DNA from: an uncultured Methylomirabilota bacterium
GTDB lineage: Bacteria > Methylomirabilota > Methylomirabilia > Methylomirabilales > 2-02-FULL-66-22
Assembly: GCA_963705305.1 (NCBI GenBank)
Contig: OY970067.1
Span: 4,608,001-4,672,000 of the forward strand
Direction of reading: 5' to 3'
Length of the DNA stretch: 64,000 nt
Position numbers and translations under genes: made by a program. Shown here in pieces: positions 48,199 through 57,736 of the stretch. A model generated the notes under the pieces. It saw nothing but the letters and a program-made list of their open reading frames with translations. It ran no database searches and had not been told where the DNA came from. The stretch's first letter is position 1, and each line of letters opens with the position of its first letter.

Positions 48199-49436
48199 GC
48201 GCCACCTCCCGGGCCCAGACCCAGGGCCTCCGCCGCCACCTCCACATCCTTGTCGCCCCGGCCGGAGAGGTTCAAAATCACCAGGCGGTCCTCCCCCAGC
48301 GCCGACGCCATCTGCCGGAGGTAGGCGACGGCATGGGCCGACTCCAGTGCCGGGATGATCCCCTCCGTCTCGCACAGCAGCCGGAATCCGTCCAGCGCCT
48401 CGGCATCCGTAACGGCGGCATACTCGATACGCCCTCGGTCGTGGTAGAAGGCGTGCTCCGGACCGACCCCCGAATAGTCCAGACCGGCGGAGATGGAATG
48501 GGTTACGCGAATCTGCCCGTCCGCGTCCTGGAGCACGTAGCTGCGGGTGCCGTGCAGGACGCCCACGGTCCGCTCGGCGAATCGCGCCGCGTGCCGTCCG
48601 GAGGCGATTCCCAGCCCCCCGGCCTCCACGCCGATCATCCGAACGTCCGCGTCGTCCAAGAACGCATGGAACAGGCCCAAGGAGTTGCTGCCGCCGCCCA
48701 CGCAGGCGACCAGGCAGTCCGGCATCCGGCCTTCCGCCTCGAGGATCTGGCGGCGGGCCTCCTGGCCGATGACGGCCTGGAAGTCCCGAACCATGCGGGG
48801 GTACGGGTCCGCTCCCAACACCGAACCCAGGACGTAATGGGTGGTGTCCACGTGGGTGACCCAGTCCCGCATGGCCTCGTTGATGGCATCCTTGAGGGTC
48901 CGGCTGCCCGAGTCCACCGGGCTCACCTTGGCGCCCAGTAGGCGCATGCGCACCACGTTGAGGGCCTGGCGCCGCATGTCCTCGGTGCCCATGTAGACCT
49001 CGCACGCGAGCCCGCAGAGGGCGGCCACCGTAGCGGTGGCGACCCCATGCTGCCCCGCCCCGGTCTCGGCGATGACCCGCCGCTTGCCCATGCGGCGAGC
49101 CAACAAGATCTGCCCGACGGTGTTGTTGATCTTATGCGCCCCCGTATGGCAGAGGTCTTCCCGCTTGAGGTAGATGCGCGGGCCCCCCAGCCGCTGGCTG
49201 AGCCGGCGCGCATGGTACAGCGGGGTGGGACGCCCGACATACTGGCGCAGCGTCTCGGCCACCTCTTCCCGGAACGCCGGATCCTGCCTAGCCGCGTCAT
49301 ACTGCTCAGCCAGCTCCTCCAGGGCCGCCATGAGCGTCTCGGGAACGTACCGGCCTCCGAAGGGCCCGAAGTGCCCCAGGCCATCCGGCACCTGGCACAG
49401 ACACTGCTCACCGGTGTGCGTCTGCGGACCGGACAT
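48195..49436 (-). CDS. trpB: Tryptophan synthase beta chain
   Basis: [33 protein letters not shown]. Confidence 0.97.
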   Translation of the reverse strand: MSGPQTHTGEQCLCQVPDGLGHFGPFGGRYVPETLMAALEELAEQYDAARQDPAFREEVAETLRQYVGRPTPLYHARRLSQRLGGPRIYLKREDLCHTGAHKINNTVGQILLARRMGKRRVIAETGAGQHGVATATVAALCGLACEVYMGTEDMRRQALNVVRMRLLGAKVSPVDSGSRTLKDAINEAMRDWVTHVDTTHYVLGSVLGADPYPRMVRDFQAVIGQEARRQILEAEGRMPDCLVACVGGGSNSLGLFHAFLDDADVRMIGVEAGGLGIASGRHAARFAERTVGVLHGTRSYVLQDADGQIRVTHSISAGLDYSGVGPEHAFYHDRGRIEYAAVTDAEALDGFRLLCETEGIIPALESAHAVAYLRQMASALGEDRLVILNLSGRGDKDVEVAAEALGLGPGGGA

Positions 49437-50031
49437 TGGCAATGAACTCCCTCACTTTCTGGTGATCCTTGCGCCCCGGGCTGTGCTCCACCCCGCTGCT
49501 GACATCCACCCCGTAGGGACAGACCAGGCGCACCGCCTCGCCCACGGTTTCGGGAGTCAGCCCGCCGGCAAGAATGATGGGGGTCGGCCCCTTGGCTTGC
49601 CGGGCCAGCTCCCATGAGATCGTCACTCCCGTCCCCCCCCAGCGTCCTTCCACGAACGCATCCAGCAGGAAGGCGTCGGCCGGGTAGGATCGCAGCGGCG
49701 CCAGGCTCTCCTCGCCGCGCACCCGGAGGGCCCTGATGACCTTCAGGGGCAGCGCCCGGCTAAAGGCCTCGGGCTCATCCCCGTGAAGCTGCACCGCCTG
49801 GAGGCGACACTGTCCGGAGATCGCCAGCACCTCCTCCAGCGGCTGGTTCGCGAATACACCCACCGCGGCTACGAAAGGGGGAAGACGACGCGTGATCTCG
49901 GCCGCCAGGGCGGCCGGAACCTGCCGCGGCGTGCCGGGGACGAACACGAATCCCAGCGCGTCGGCGCCGGCCGCGACGGCGGCCGCCGCATCCTGCTCCG
50001 AGGTGATCCCGCAGATCTTGACCCGCGTCAT
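49408..50031 (-). CDS. trpF: Phosphoribosylanthranilate isomerase
   Basis: [31 protein letters not shown]. Confidence 0.95.
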   Translation of the reverse strand: MTRVKICGITSEQDAAAAVAAGADALGFVFVPGTPRQVPAALAAEITRRLPPFVAAVGVFANQPLEEVLAISGQCRLQAVQLHGDEPEAFSRALPLKVIRALRVRGEESLAPLRSYPADAFLLDAFVEGRWGGTGVTISWELARQAKGPTPIILAGGLTPETVGEAVRLVCPYGVDVSSGVEHSPGRKDHQKVREFIANVRSADAHR

Positions 50032-50834
50032 GCCGTTCCCATCAACAGCCGGAGGGCCTGGCCCACGTCCCAGTGGCGGAGCAGCCCCTCCCCCACCAGC
50101 ACGGCGTCCACGCCGGCGGCGGCCAACCGCGCCGCGTCGCCCGGCTCCGCGATCCCGCTCTCGCTGACGCAGATCACGTCCGGGGGGAGCGACGGCAGCA
50201 GCCCGAATGTGGTCTCCAGCGAGACCGTGAAGGTCGTGAGGTCCCGATTGTTGATGCCAATCAGTCCTGCCCTGCTGTGCAGCGCCGTCTCCACCTCTTC
50301 CCCGGTGTGCACCTCCACCAGGGCCGCCAGACCCAGCTCGCCGGCCAGGCCGAGGAGATCCGAAAGCAGCCCGGGCGACAGCGCGGCCACGATCAAGAGG
50401 ACGGCATCCGCGCCCGCCTCCCGGGCCTCCCAAACCTGGTAGGCGTCCAAGTGAAAATCCTTGCGGAGGATCGGCAGCGGCACGGCGCTGCGGACCGCGG
50501 TCAGATGCGCCAGGCTCCCCTGGAAGAACGGCGCGTCGGTCAGGACCGAGATCGCGTGGGCGCCGGCCTCCGCGTAGCGCTGCGCCAGGGCCGGGGGCGA
50601 GAAGTCGGCCCGGATCACCCCCTTGGAGGGCGAGGCCTTTTTGATCTCGGCGATGATCCGCATCGGCCCCGCGCGCCGCCCCTCCCTGCCTGCCGGTCGC
50701 CGCACCCCTCCCAGGAAATCGCGGGGCGGTCGCCGATCGCGACAGCGCGCGCGGAGCTCGGCCAGGGGGAGGCGGGCGCGCCGGTCTGCCATATCCGCCC
50801 GGGTCCGCCACAGGATCTCCTCCAGGATGCTCAT
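50028..50834 (-). CDS. trpC: Indole-3-glycerol phosphate synthase
   Basis: IAEIKKASPSKG; SVLTD; LRKDF; GINNRDL; SESGI. Confidence 0.96.
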   Translation of the reverse strand: MSILEEILWRTRADMADRRARLPLAELRARCRDRRPPRDFLGGVRRPAGREGRRAGPMRIIAEIKKASPSKGVIRADFSPPALAQRYAEAGAHAISVLTDAPFFQGSLAHLTAVRSAVPLPILRKDFHLDAYQVWEAREAGADAVLLIVAALSPGLLSDLLGLAGELGLAALVEVHTGEEVETALHSRAGLIGINNRDLTTFTVSLETTFGLLPSLPPDVICVSESGIAEPGDAARLAAAGVDAVLVGEGLLRHWDVGQALRLLMGTA

Positions 50835-50855
50835 CGTCCCTCTGGGCGCTCGCGC

Positions 50856-51899
50856 TTATCCCTGGCAGAACTCGACCAGCCGCGCCAGCTTCTCTCGCGC
50901 CGCCCCCCCGTCGATGGACTGTCCTGCCAGCACGATTCCCTCGGCGATGTCCTTGGCCCGGCCGCCGGCCGCGATGGCCGCCCCGGCGTTCAGGAGCACG
51001 ATGTCCCGCTTGGCGCCCCGCTCCCCGTCCAGGATTTTTCGAATGATCTCCGCATTGTCGGCGGCACTCCCGCCTCGCAGATCGGCCAGGCTCGCCCGCG
51101 GCAGGCCGAAGTCCTCGGGGCGGACGGTGTACGCATGGATGCGGCTTTCCCGGACCTCCGCCACGCGGCTCGGTCCGGTCGTCGAGAGCTCGTCCAGTCC
51201 ATCCTCGCCGTGGACCACGAAGGCGCGCACCGTCCCCAGCTCCTTGAGGACGAGGGCCATGGACTCGGTGAGCCGGCCGTCGTACACGCCGATCACCTGC
51301 GCCGACGCCTTGGCGGGATTGGTCAGGGGCCCCAGGATGTTGAACACCGTGCGGATGCGGATTTCCCGTCGGGCCAGCATGACGAACTTCATGGCTTTGT
51401 GCAGGAGGGGGGCAAAACAGAATCCGATCCCGACCTCGTCGATGCACCGGCCCACCTGCTCGGGCGGCAGGTCCAAGCGCACCCCCAGCGCCTCCACTAC
51501 GTCCGCGCTGCCGCACAGGCTGCTGACCGAGCGGTTGCCGTGCTTGGCCACGGGGATGCCGGCCCCGGCCACGACGAACGCCGTGGCTGTGGAGACGTTG
51601 AAGGTCCCCGTGGCGTCACCCCCGGTGCCGCAGGTGTCCACCAGCATTTCCCGGCCCGTATCGGAGAGGGATGTCTGGACGCGGCCGCGGGTCCTCACGG
51701 CGGAAACCTTCTCCCGCATCACCCGCGCGAAGCCGATCAGCTCCTCCACCGTCTCGCCCTTCATTCGGAGCGCGGTCAGGAACGCGGCGATCTGCGCGTC
51801 GGTGGCCTGCCCGGACATGATGGCATCCATCACGCTGAAAGCCTCATCCCGGGTCAGGTCCTGGCGGTCCACCACCTTGTGAATTGCCTCGACGATCAT
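50856..51899 (-). CDS. trpD: Anthranilate phosphoribosyltransferase
   Basis: [32 protein letters not shown]. Confidence 0.96.
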   Translation of the reverse strand: MIVEAIHKVVDRQDLTRDEAFSVMDAIMSGQATDAQIAAFLTALRMKGETVEELIGFARVMREKVSAVRTRGRVQTSLSDTGREMLVDTCGTGGDATGTFNVSTATAFVVAGAGIPVAKHGNRSVSSLCGSADVVEALGVRLDLPPEQVGRCIDEVGIGFCFAPLLHKAMKFVMLARREIRIRTVFNILGPLTNPAKASAQVIGVYDGRLTESMALVLKELGTVRAFVVHGEDGLDELSTTGPSRVAEVRESRIHAYTVRPEDFGLPRASLADLRGGSAADNAEIIRKILDGERGAKRDIVLLNAGAAIAAGGRAKDIAEGIVLAGQSIDGGAAREKLARLVEFCQG

Positions 51900-52486
51900 G
51901 GGGTCCCCTCCCCTTCCGGCATGGGTCGGCTCAGGAAGTTTCGCAGCAGCGTCTTCCCCACCTGCGTGAGGATCGATTCGGGATGGAACTGCACCCCCTC
52001 GACCGGGTACCGCCTGTGCCGCACGCCCATGATCTCCCCCTCGGCTGTCTCCGCCGAGATCTCCAGGCACTCGGGCAGGCTCTCCCGCTCGATCAGCAGC
52101 GAGTGATAGCGCGTCGCCTCGAAGGGATTCGGCAGGCCGGCGAAGAGGCTCTGCCCATCGTGCCGGATGGGGGAGGTTTTCCCGTGCATCAGGCGGGCGG
52201 CGCGGACGATCCGGCCGCCGTAGGCGGCCCCGATACACTGGTGTCCCAGGCAGACACCCAAAAGCGGGATGTTGGCACCGAAGGCTTGGATCAGGTCGCA
52301 GCAGACCCCGGCCTCGTTGGGGGTGCAGGGGCCGGGGGACAGGACAATCCGCTCGGGTCGCAGGGCCCGGACGTCCTCCACGGTGAGCCGGTCGTTCCGA
52401 TGAACCTCGACGACCGCCCCCAGCTCCCGCAGATACTGAACCAGGTTGTACGTGAACGAATCGTAGTTGTCGATCATCAGGATCAT
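51896..52486 (-). CDS. trpG: Anthranilate synthase component II (glutamine amidotransferase)
   Basis: [28 protein letters not shown]. Confidence 0.95.
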   Translation of the reverse strand: MILMIDNYDSFTYNLVQYLRELGAVVEVHRNDRLTVEDVRALRPERIVLSPGPCTPNEAGVCCDLIQAFGANIPLLGVCLGHQCIGAAYGGRIVRAARLMHGKTSPIRHDGQSLFAGLPNPFEATRYHSLLIERESLPECLEISAETAEGEIMGVRHRRYPVEGVQFHPESILTQVGKTLLRNFLSRPMPEGEGTP

Positions 52487-52587
52487 GGCTGTAACCCGTC
52501 CGCCGCTTCGGGAGTCCCTGGCCGCCCCGCGCACGGTCGTTGAATCTTTCGCCCTTTGCCTCCCGCCCTCCGCTCCGTTCGCCAATC

Positions 52588-52620
52588 GCTGACCGCTGAC
52601 GGCTGATTGCTGACCGCTGC
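52588..52620. repeat. Short 7-bp tandem repeat (GCTGANN)
   Basis: GCTGACC GCTGACG GCTGATT GCTGACC GCTG between trpE and trpG. Confidence 0.6.
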
Positions 52621-52628
52621 TCTCTCCC

Positions 52629-54116
52629 TCAGTCCAGGCCGGCCTCCGCCAGCTCGATGGCCCGCAGCATCGCGCCCGCCTTGTTCATGGTTTCTTGGTA
52701 TTCCCGCTCCGGCTCCGAGTCCGCCACGATCCCGGCCCCCACCTGGATGGTGGCCACCCCCCGGTGGAAGAGCACCGTCCGGATGGTGATGCAGGTATCC
52801 AGGTTTCCGGAGAAGCTCACGTACCCCACGGCGCCGGCATAGGGGCCCCGGCGGGACGGCTCCAACTCCTCGAGGATTTCCATGGCCCGAACTTTGGGCG
52901 CCCCGGTGACCGTCCCCGCGGGGAAACAGGCCCGCAGGACATCCAGCGCATCGTGTCCCGTCTCGAGGTGGCCGCGTACGTGCGAGACGATATGCATCAC
53001 GTGCGAGTACCGCTCGATGGTCATGAGGTCCACCACCTCGACGCTGCCCGCCTTTGCGATCTTCCCCACATCGTTCCGCCCCAGATCCACCAGCATGATG
53101 TGCTCCGCCCGCTCCTTGGGGTCCGCCAAAAGATCCTCGGCGAGCCGGCGATCCTCCGCCTCCGTTGCGCCGCGCGGCCGCGTCCCGGCGATGGGACGGA
53201 GGTCGATCCGCTTGCCCTCCAGCCTGACCAGCATCTCCGGCGAGCTGCCGGCGATCCTGAGATCTCCCAGGCGGAGGTAGAACATGTAGGGCGACGGGTT
53301 CACCACCCGCAGGGCCCGGTAGACGTCGAAGGGATCCGCTCCCGTACGAACCGTGAGGCGTTGGGACAGGACCGCTTGGATAATGTCTCCGGCCTCCACG
53401 TAGGCCTTGGTCCGCTTCACCGCCCGGCAGAAGCCCTCCCGCGTGAACGTGGAGTCGGGTTCCCCCGCCACCCGCTTCCAGCCCTGCCCCAGGGGGGCCC
53501 CGACTGGCCGTCGCAGGGCGGCGATGATGGCATCGATCTTCCGCTGCGACTCCCGGTAGGTTCGCTCGACCCCTTCCGGGCTGCGGTCCTGGATGAAGGC
53601 GTTGGAGACGACGGTGATCCGGTGGGTGACATTGTCGAAGATCAGCAGGGTGTCCGTCAGCAGAAACAGCGCGTCGGGCAGCTCCAGGTCGTCGCGGGCC
53701 GAGCTGGGCAGCCGCTCCAGATGACGGACGGTGTCGTATCCCAGGAAGCCCACCAGCCCGCCGGTAAAGCGCGGAAGGCCCGGGACCGCGACCGCCCGAT
53801 ATCCCTCCAGCAGGCGGGCCAGGGCCGCGAACGGGTCATGGACATCGGAGAGAATCTCGCATCCCCCGTCCCGCAGCAGCTCGATCCGCTCCCCTTTGGC
53901 GCGGAGGACCACACTGGGGTTGCTCCCCAGAAAGCTGTAGCGGCCCCACTGCTCGCCCCCTTCCACACTCTCCAAGAGGAAAGCGTAGTTGCCGCTGTCG
54001 ATCTTGCGGAATGCGGACACCGGCGTTTCCATGTCCGCCAGGATTTGGCGGGTCACGGGGATGAGGTTGCCCTCCTGCGCCAGCTCTCGGAAACGGTCCA
54101 GGTCTGGAATGTACAC
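52629..54116 (-). CDS. trpE: Anthranilate synthase component I
   Basis: [46 protein letters not shown] start after GAGGT. Confidence 0.95.
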   Translation of the reverse strand: MYIPDLDRFRELAQEGNLIPVTRQILADMETPVSAFRKIDSGNYAFLLESVEGGEQWGRYSFLGSNPSVVLRAKGERIELLRDGGCEILSDVHDPFAALARLLEGYRAVAVPGLPRFTGGLVGFLGYDTVRHLERLPSSARDDLELPDALFLLTDTLLIFDNVTHRITVVSNAFIQDRSPEGVERTYRESQRKIDAIIAALRRPVGAPLGQGWKRVAGEPDSTFTREGFCRAVKRTKAYVEAGDIIQAVLSQRLTVRTGADPFDVYRALRVVNPSPYMFYLRLGDLRIAGSSPEMLVRLEGKRIDLRPIAGTRPRGATEAEDRRLAEDLLADPKERAEHIMLVDLGRNDVGKIAKAGSVEVVDLMTIERYSHVMHIVSHVRGHLETGHDALDVLRACFPAGTVTGAPKVRAMEILEELEPSRRGPYAGAVGYVSFSGNLDTCITIRTVLFHRGVATIQVGAGIVADSEPEREYQETMNKAGAMLRAIELAEAGLD

Positions 54117-54317
54117 GGCGCCACCTCGCAACGGGTAGGTCCCCGGCAGCCCCGCGGGGTGTGGCGGGGACGCTAGCACGGGGAGACATACAGGGTCAAG
54201 CGGACGTTGACAGAGCAGGAGACTACGCGCCGGCGGTCACCAGCGATGCGAGAGGATCAATCCCGGGCAAGCATGCAGGGTGCGAATCATGGCGCTCAAC
54301 GGCCGATCCGGGAAGAC

Positions 54318-54647
54318 CTACGACAGGTGTTGATCGATCTTCCCCTTGATGGTGCTCTTCGGGTGGGCCCCGACGATCTGGTCGACGCGGACCCCGTCCC
54401 ACAGGAAGAGCAGCGTCGGAATGCTCCGGATGCCAAACCGCGCCGCGGTCTGGCGGTTCTCGTCCACGTTCAGCTTGCCGACGGCCAGGCGGCCCTTGTA
54501 CTCGCCGGCCAGCTCTTCCAGGACGGGCGCGACCATGCGGCACGGACCGCACCATTCCGCCCAGAAATCGACCAGGACCAGAGGTTGGACCTTCACCTGG
54601 GCTTCGAAATTCGCATCGGTGAGCGTCAGAATATCCTCGTGTGCCAT
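54318..54647 (-). CDS. trxA: Thioredoxin
   Basis: VDFWAEWCGPC; IRSIPTL. Confidence 0.96.
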   Translation of the reverse strand: MAHEDILTLTDANFEAQVKVQPLVLVDFWAEWCGPCRMVAPVLEELAGEYKGRLAVGKLNVDENRQTAARFGIRSIPTLLFLWDGVRVDQIVGAHPKSTIKGKIDQHLS

Positions 54648-54688
54648 GCGTCCCTCGGGGTTGGAAGAGAGGTGAAATGTTCGGAAGG

Positions 54689-54717
54689 AGTGTAAGAATT
54701 TCGCCATGACCTGTCAA
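54689..54717 (-). promoter_or_regulatory. Sigma-70 promoter of trxA
   Basis: Minus strand TTGACA-N17-TACACT. Confidence 0.65.
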
Positions 54718-54916
54718 GCGCTTTGTGGCCACCCGCGGCCGCGCTTTGGCTGCAGCATCCCCATGGAGCCGCGATATGCAAGTCCGGCTTCTCCAATTCT
54801 TGGCACGGTGTGCGTCCGGCCGGGGCCAACTGAAGGATTGCTGAACGGGGAAGGCTCGTATATGATCGGCTCAGATCTTTGCCCGCCAGCCTGGCATTTG
54901 GGGGTGGATACCCGTC

Positions 54917-55150
54917 ATGACGCTTGACGGTGCGGCCCAGCGCGAATGGATGCGACAGTGGAAAGAGGCGGGGCCCGCCCTGGCCGCCCAGCGGCGCAGG
55001 GAGCTCGCGCATCTCAGCGATGAGCGTGCCCTGGCCGCCAGCGAGGCCCTCCTCTCGCTCGCCACCCTGTCGCCCTCCAGCCCAGGGCGCCGCCGCTGGT
55101 CCGGCCTCGTCGACCAGCAGGCCCTCTTCCACCGGCGCGCCCCCTCATGA
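54917..55150 (+). CDS. Small hypothetical protein, putative antitoxin
   Basis: 77 aa helical ORF with ATGA overlap to the nucleotidyltransferase gene. Confidence 0.6.
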   Translation: MTLDGAAQREWMRQWKEAGPALAAQRRRELAHLSDERALAASEALLSLATLSPSSPGRRRWSGLVDQQALFHRRAPS

Positions 55151-55713
55151 ATCCCATCTTTGCCGCCGCCCTGGAGGTTCAGACCTTCTGCCAAAGCCGG
55201 GGGTTTCGCTTCTGCTTCATTGGCGGCCTGGCTCTCCAGCGCTGGGGAGAGCCCCGCCTCACGCAGGACGTGGATCTCACAGTCCTCAGCGGCTTCGGGC
55301 GGGAGGCCGAGTTCGCGGAGGACTTTCTGTCGACGTTTGCGTCCCGCATTCCGGACGCCCGCGAGTTTGCCCTGCGGCATCGTGTCCTGCTCTTGCTGAG
55401 CCAGGGCGGGATCCCGCTCGACATTGCCCTGGGGGCCATGCCGTTCGAGGAACGAGCCGTGGCTCGCGCCTCGCCTTTCGCCGTGGCGGACGGCGTTGCG
55501 CTGATAACCTGTAGTGCCGAGGACCTTGTCGTGTTCAAAGCCTTCGCGGGTCGTGCACAAGATTGGATCGACATCGAAGGCATCGTCCTCCGTCAGTCCC
55601 GATCGCTCAAACGAGAACTCATCTGGCAGGAGCTGATTCCCCTTCTGGAGCTCAAGGAGGACCAGCAGACGGGCCCGCGGCTCCAGAGCCTCCTCGACCG
55701 CCCCGGCGGCTGA
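55147..55713 (+). CDS. Nucleotidyltransferase (AbiEii/DUF6036-like), putative toxin
   Basis: IGGLAL...RLTQDVDL; EDLVVFK...GRAQDWIDI. Confidence 0.7.
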   Translation: MNPIFAAALEVQTFCQSRGFRFCFIGGLALQRWGEPRLTQDVDLTVLSGFGREAEFAEDFLSTFASRIPDAREFALRHRVLLLLSQGGIPLDIALGAMPFEERAVARASPFAVADGVALITCSAEDLVVFKAFAGRAQDWIDIEGIVLRQSRSLKRELIWQELIPLLELKEDQQTGPRLQSLLDRPGG

Positions 55714-55770
55714 GTTCCGCCGCGAGATTCCCTCGATCGATTTCCCGAGGGCGGCGTCTTGCCTCTTTCC

Positions 55771-56712
55771 TCATGCACGCAGTCCTCCCTTCTCCGGGGG
55801 GACATGGACCCTGGGGACCTCGGCGAAGTCCGCCATGCCATCCGCCATGTACAGGTAGGTGGTGTCCGCGGCATTGGAGAACGCCGCGTGGTTCCCCCGA
55901 GGGTCCATGGCGAGGATGCTCACCCGGCCGAAGTAGGGGTCCTCCAGTTGCTCGAGGTCCCGCAGGGCCTGCGTCCCGGCCTCGACCAGCGACCGTCCCA
56001 TGCGCAGGGACATGACCACGCTGTGGCCCGTGCAGCAGCGGATGACCATTTCCCCCCGCCCCGTGCATGCGGCCGCCCCGAACCGGTTATCGGCATAGTT
56101 GCCCGCGCCGATCACCGGCGAATCGCCCAGGCGTCCGGGATACTTCCAGGCCCAGCCGCTGGTGCTGACCCCCACCGCCAGGTTCCCCTGCGCGTCCTGC
56201 GCAATGACATTCACCGTCTCATTCGGCCGCTCGGGGTCGGCTGCCAGCTTCGCCAGCCGGCGCATCTGCGCGAGATAAGCCGTCCGCTCTCCGTACACCG
56301 AGGGCAGCGTCCGGTCGAAGAGCTCCCGCCACATGCGTTCCGCCTCGGGCGTCAAGAGGTCTTTCTCCGGAAACCCCATCTCCCGGGCGAAGCGCTCGGC
56401 GCCACCGCCGGCCAGCATCACGTGGGGAAGCTCCTCCATGACCCGGCGCGCCAGGGTGATGGCGTGCTCGACACGCCTGACGGCACCCACCGCGCCCGCC
56501 CGCAGGCTCCGCCCATCCATCAGGCTGGCGTCCAGCTCCACCTCGCCCAGCAGGTTGGGAAGGCCCGAATAGCCGACCGTGTGATCCTCGGGGTTGCTTT
56601 CCACCGGCCGGATGCCGGCCTCCACGGCGTCCACGGCCGAGCCGCCGGCCCTCAGAACCCGCATCGCGTCGGCGATGCCCACCCGTCCATTAGCGCTGGC
56701 AATGACAATCAT
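55771..56712 (-). CDS. Type-2 asparaginase / glycosylasparaginase (Ntn hydrolase)
   Basis: VELDAS; E|TVNVIA nucleophile Thr; STSGWAWKYPGRLGDSP; CTGRGE. Confidence 0.88.
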   Translation of the reverse strand: MIVIASANGRVGIADAMRVLRAGGSAVDAVEAGIRPVESNPEDHTVGYSGLPNLLGEVELDASLMDGRSLRAGAVGAVRRVEHAITLARRVMEELPHVMLAGGGAERFAREMGFPEKDLLTPEAERMWRELFDRTLPSVYGERTAYLAQMRRLAKLAADPERPNETVNVIAQDAQGNLAVGVSTSGWAWKYPGRLGDSPVIGAGNYADNRFGAAACTGRGEMVIRCCTGHSVVMSLRMGRSLVEAGTQALRDLEQLEDPYFGRVSILAMDPRGNHAAFSNAADTTYLYMADGMADFAEVPRVHVPPEKGGLRA

Positions 56713-56882
56713 CCCTACTCTCCCACGTGTCGGCTTCGGACGAAGCCCTGTTCCTCGGAATCAAGCCATGGCAAACGCAGGCACGCTAGCGAAATGCCCG
56801 AGCGTTGTCAACTCCACCCGACCTCTTTGGACCTCTTTGGGCCGATTGACCCGACGGAGCCACCGTGTTACGCTCTGTTGCC

Positions 56883-57623
56883 ATGGAAGGACAGCCGCCA
56901 CTGGCGCCCCCCGACACGCTGCAGGCCGTCCAGGAGGCCATAGGATACCGCTTTCGGGATCCCGCGCTGCTCGCCACGGCCCTTCCCCGGCCGGGCGCCC
57001 CTCTCGCCCCCTCCGCAGCCAGAGCGCGTCATCGGCTCCAGTTCCTGGGGGACGCCGCCTGGAACTTCTCGATCACCCGAACCATGTTGCGGACGCGGCC
57101 GCTCACCGAGGTGGGAATGCTCACCCGCCTGCGGGCCGGATGGTCCAGCAGTGCCGGCCTGGCCGATCTGGCCAAGCGGCTCAAGCTGCCGCTGGGTGAG
57201 AACATAACCGGGAGCCCTCCCAGCAACCGGGTCTGGGCGGAGGCGCTGGAAGCGGTACTGGGTGCCGTGGTGGAAGACGGAGGGGCCGAGGCCATCCAGG
57301 CGCTGGCCGAGCGGGTGCTGGCGGAGGCGGGCGAGGCCACCCCGCCATCCTTGGACGCCAAATCCGCCCTCCAGATCCTCTGCCAGACCAGGTACGGCGG
57401 CCTCCCCACGTACCGACTGCTGGCCAAGACCGGACCAGCCCACCACCCTCGGTTTTGCGTGGGGGTAATCGTCCCCGGGCCGGACGGGTTTCGGGTGGAG
57501 GGTGAAGCTGAGAGCCGGCAGACTGCCGAACAGGCAGCCGCCCGCCTGGCCCTTGAGCGGGTTGGGGAATGGCCCGTTACGAGCCTACCAGATATCGTGC
57601 TAGACACCTCCCGGCGGCCCTAA
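56883..57623 (+). CDS. rnc: Ribonuclease III-like protein with degenerate catalytic signature + dsRBD
   Basis: IGYRFRDPALL; HRLQFLGDA; AEALEAVLGA; dsRBD KSALQ...GPAHHPRF...AEQAAA. Confidence 0.75.
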   Translation: MEGQPPLAPPDTLQAVQEAIGYRFRDPALLATALPRPGAPLAPSAARARHRLQFLGDAAWNFSITRTMLRTRPLTEVGMLTRLRAGWSSSAGLADLAKRLKLPLGENITGSPPSNRVWAEALEAVLGAVVEDGGAEAIQALAERVLAEAGEATPPSLDAKSALQILCQTRYGGLPTYRLLAKTGPAHHPRFCVGVIVPGPDGFRVEGEAESRQTAEQAAARLALERVGEWPVTSLPDIVLDTSRRP

Positions 57624-57640
57624 AGCTAGTATTTTCGGTC

Positions 57641-57670
57641 TTGACACGCCATTCTCCCTCGTGATAGCGT
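57641..57670 (+). promoter_or_regulatory. Sigma-70 promoter of smc
   Basis: TTGACA-N18-TAGCGT with TGn extension. Confidence 0.55.
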
Positions 57671-57736
57671 TCCACGAATGTAAACTGTGACCTGCTAATC
57701 CGGCGCTCCCTTTGCTTTGAGGGCGGATAGAGACAT

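Noticed and set aside
49408..51516. Apparent long N-terminal extensions or fusions of trpF, trpA, trpD, ftsY, ACP and PilV in the ORF track
   Set aside because: The extensions overlap other genes in different frames; true starts lie at internal ATG/GTG codons with RBS or stop-start overlaps.
54237..54290. Mini-ORF MIRTLHACPGLILSHRW* upstream of trpE as a trp leader peptide
   Set aside because: Only one Trp codon, weak RBS, no U-rich terminator, and a separate sigma-70-like promoter (TTGACC-N18-TAGCGT, ~54170-54199 minus) lies between it and trpE.
54801..54815. TGGCACGGTGTGCGT as a sigma-54 promoter for the NTase pair
   Set aside because: GG-to-GC spacing is 8, not the required 10.
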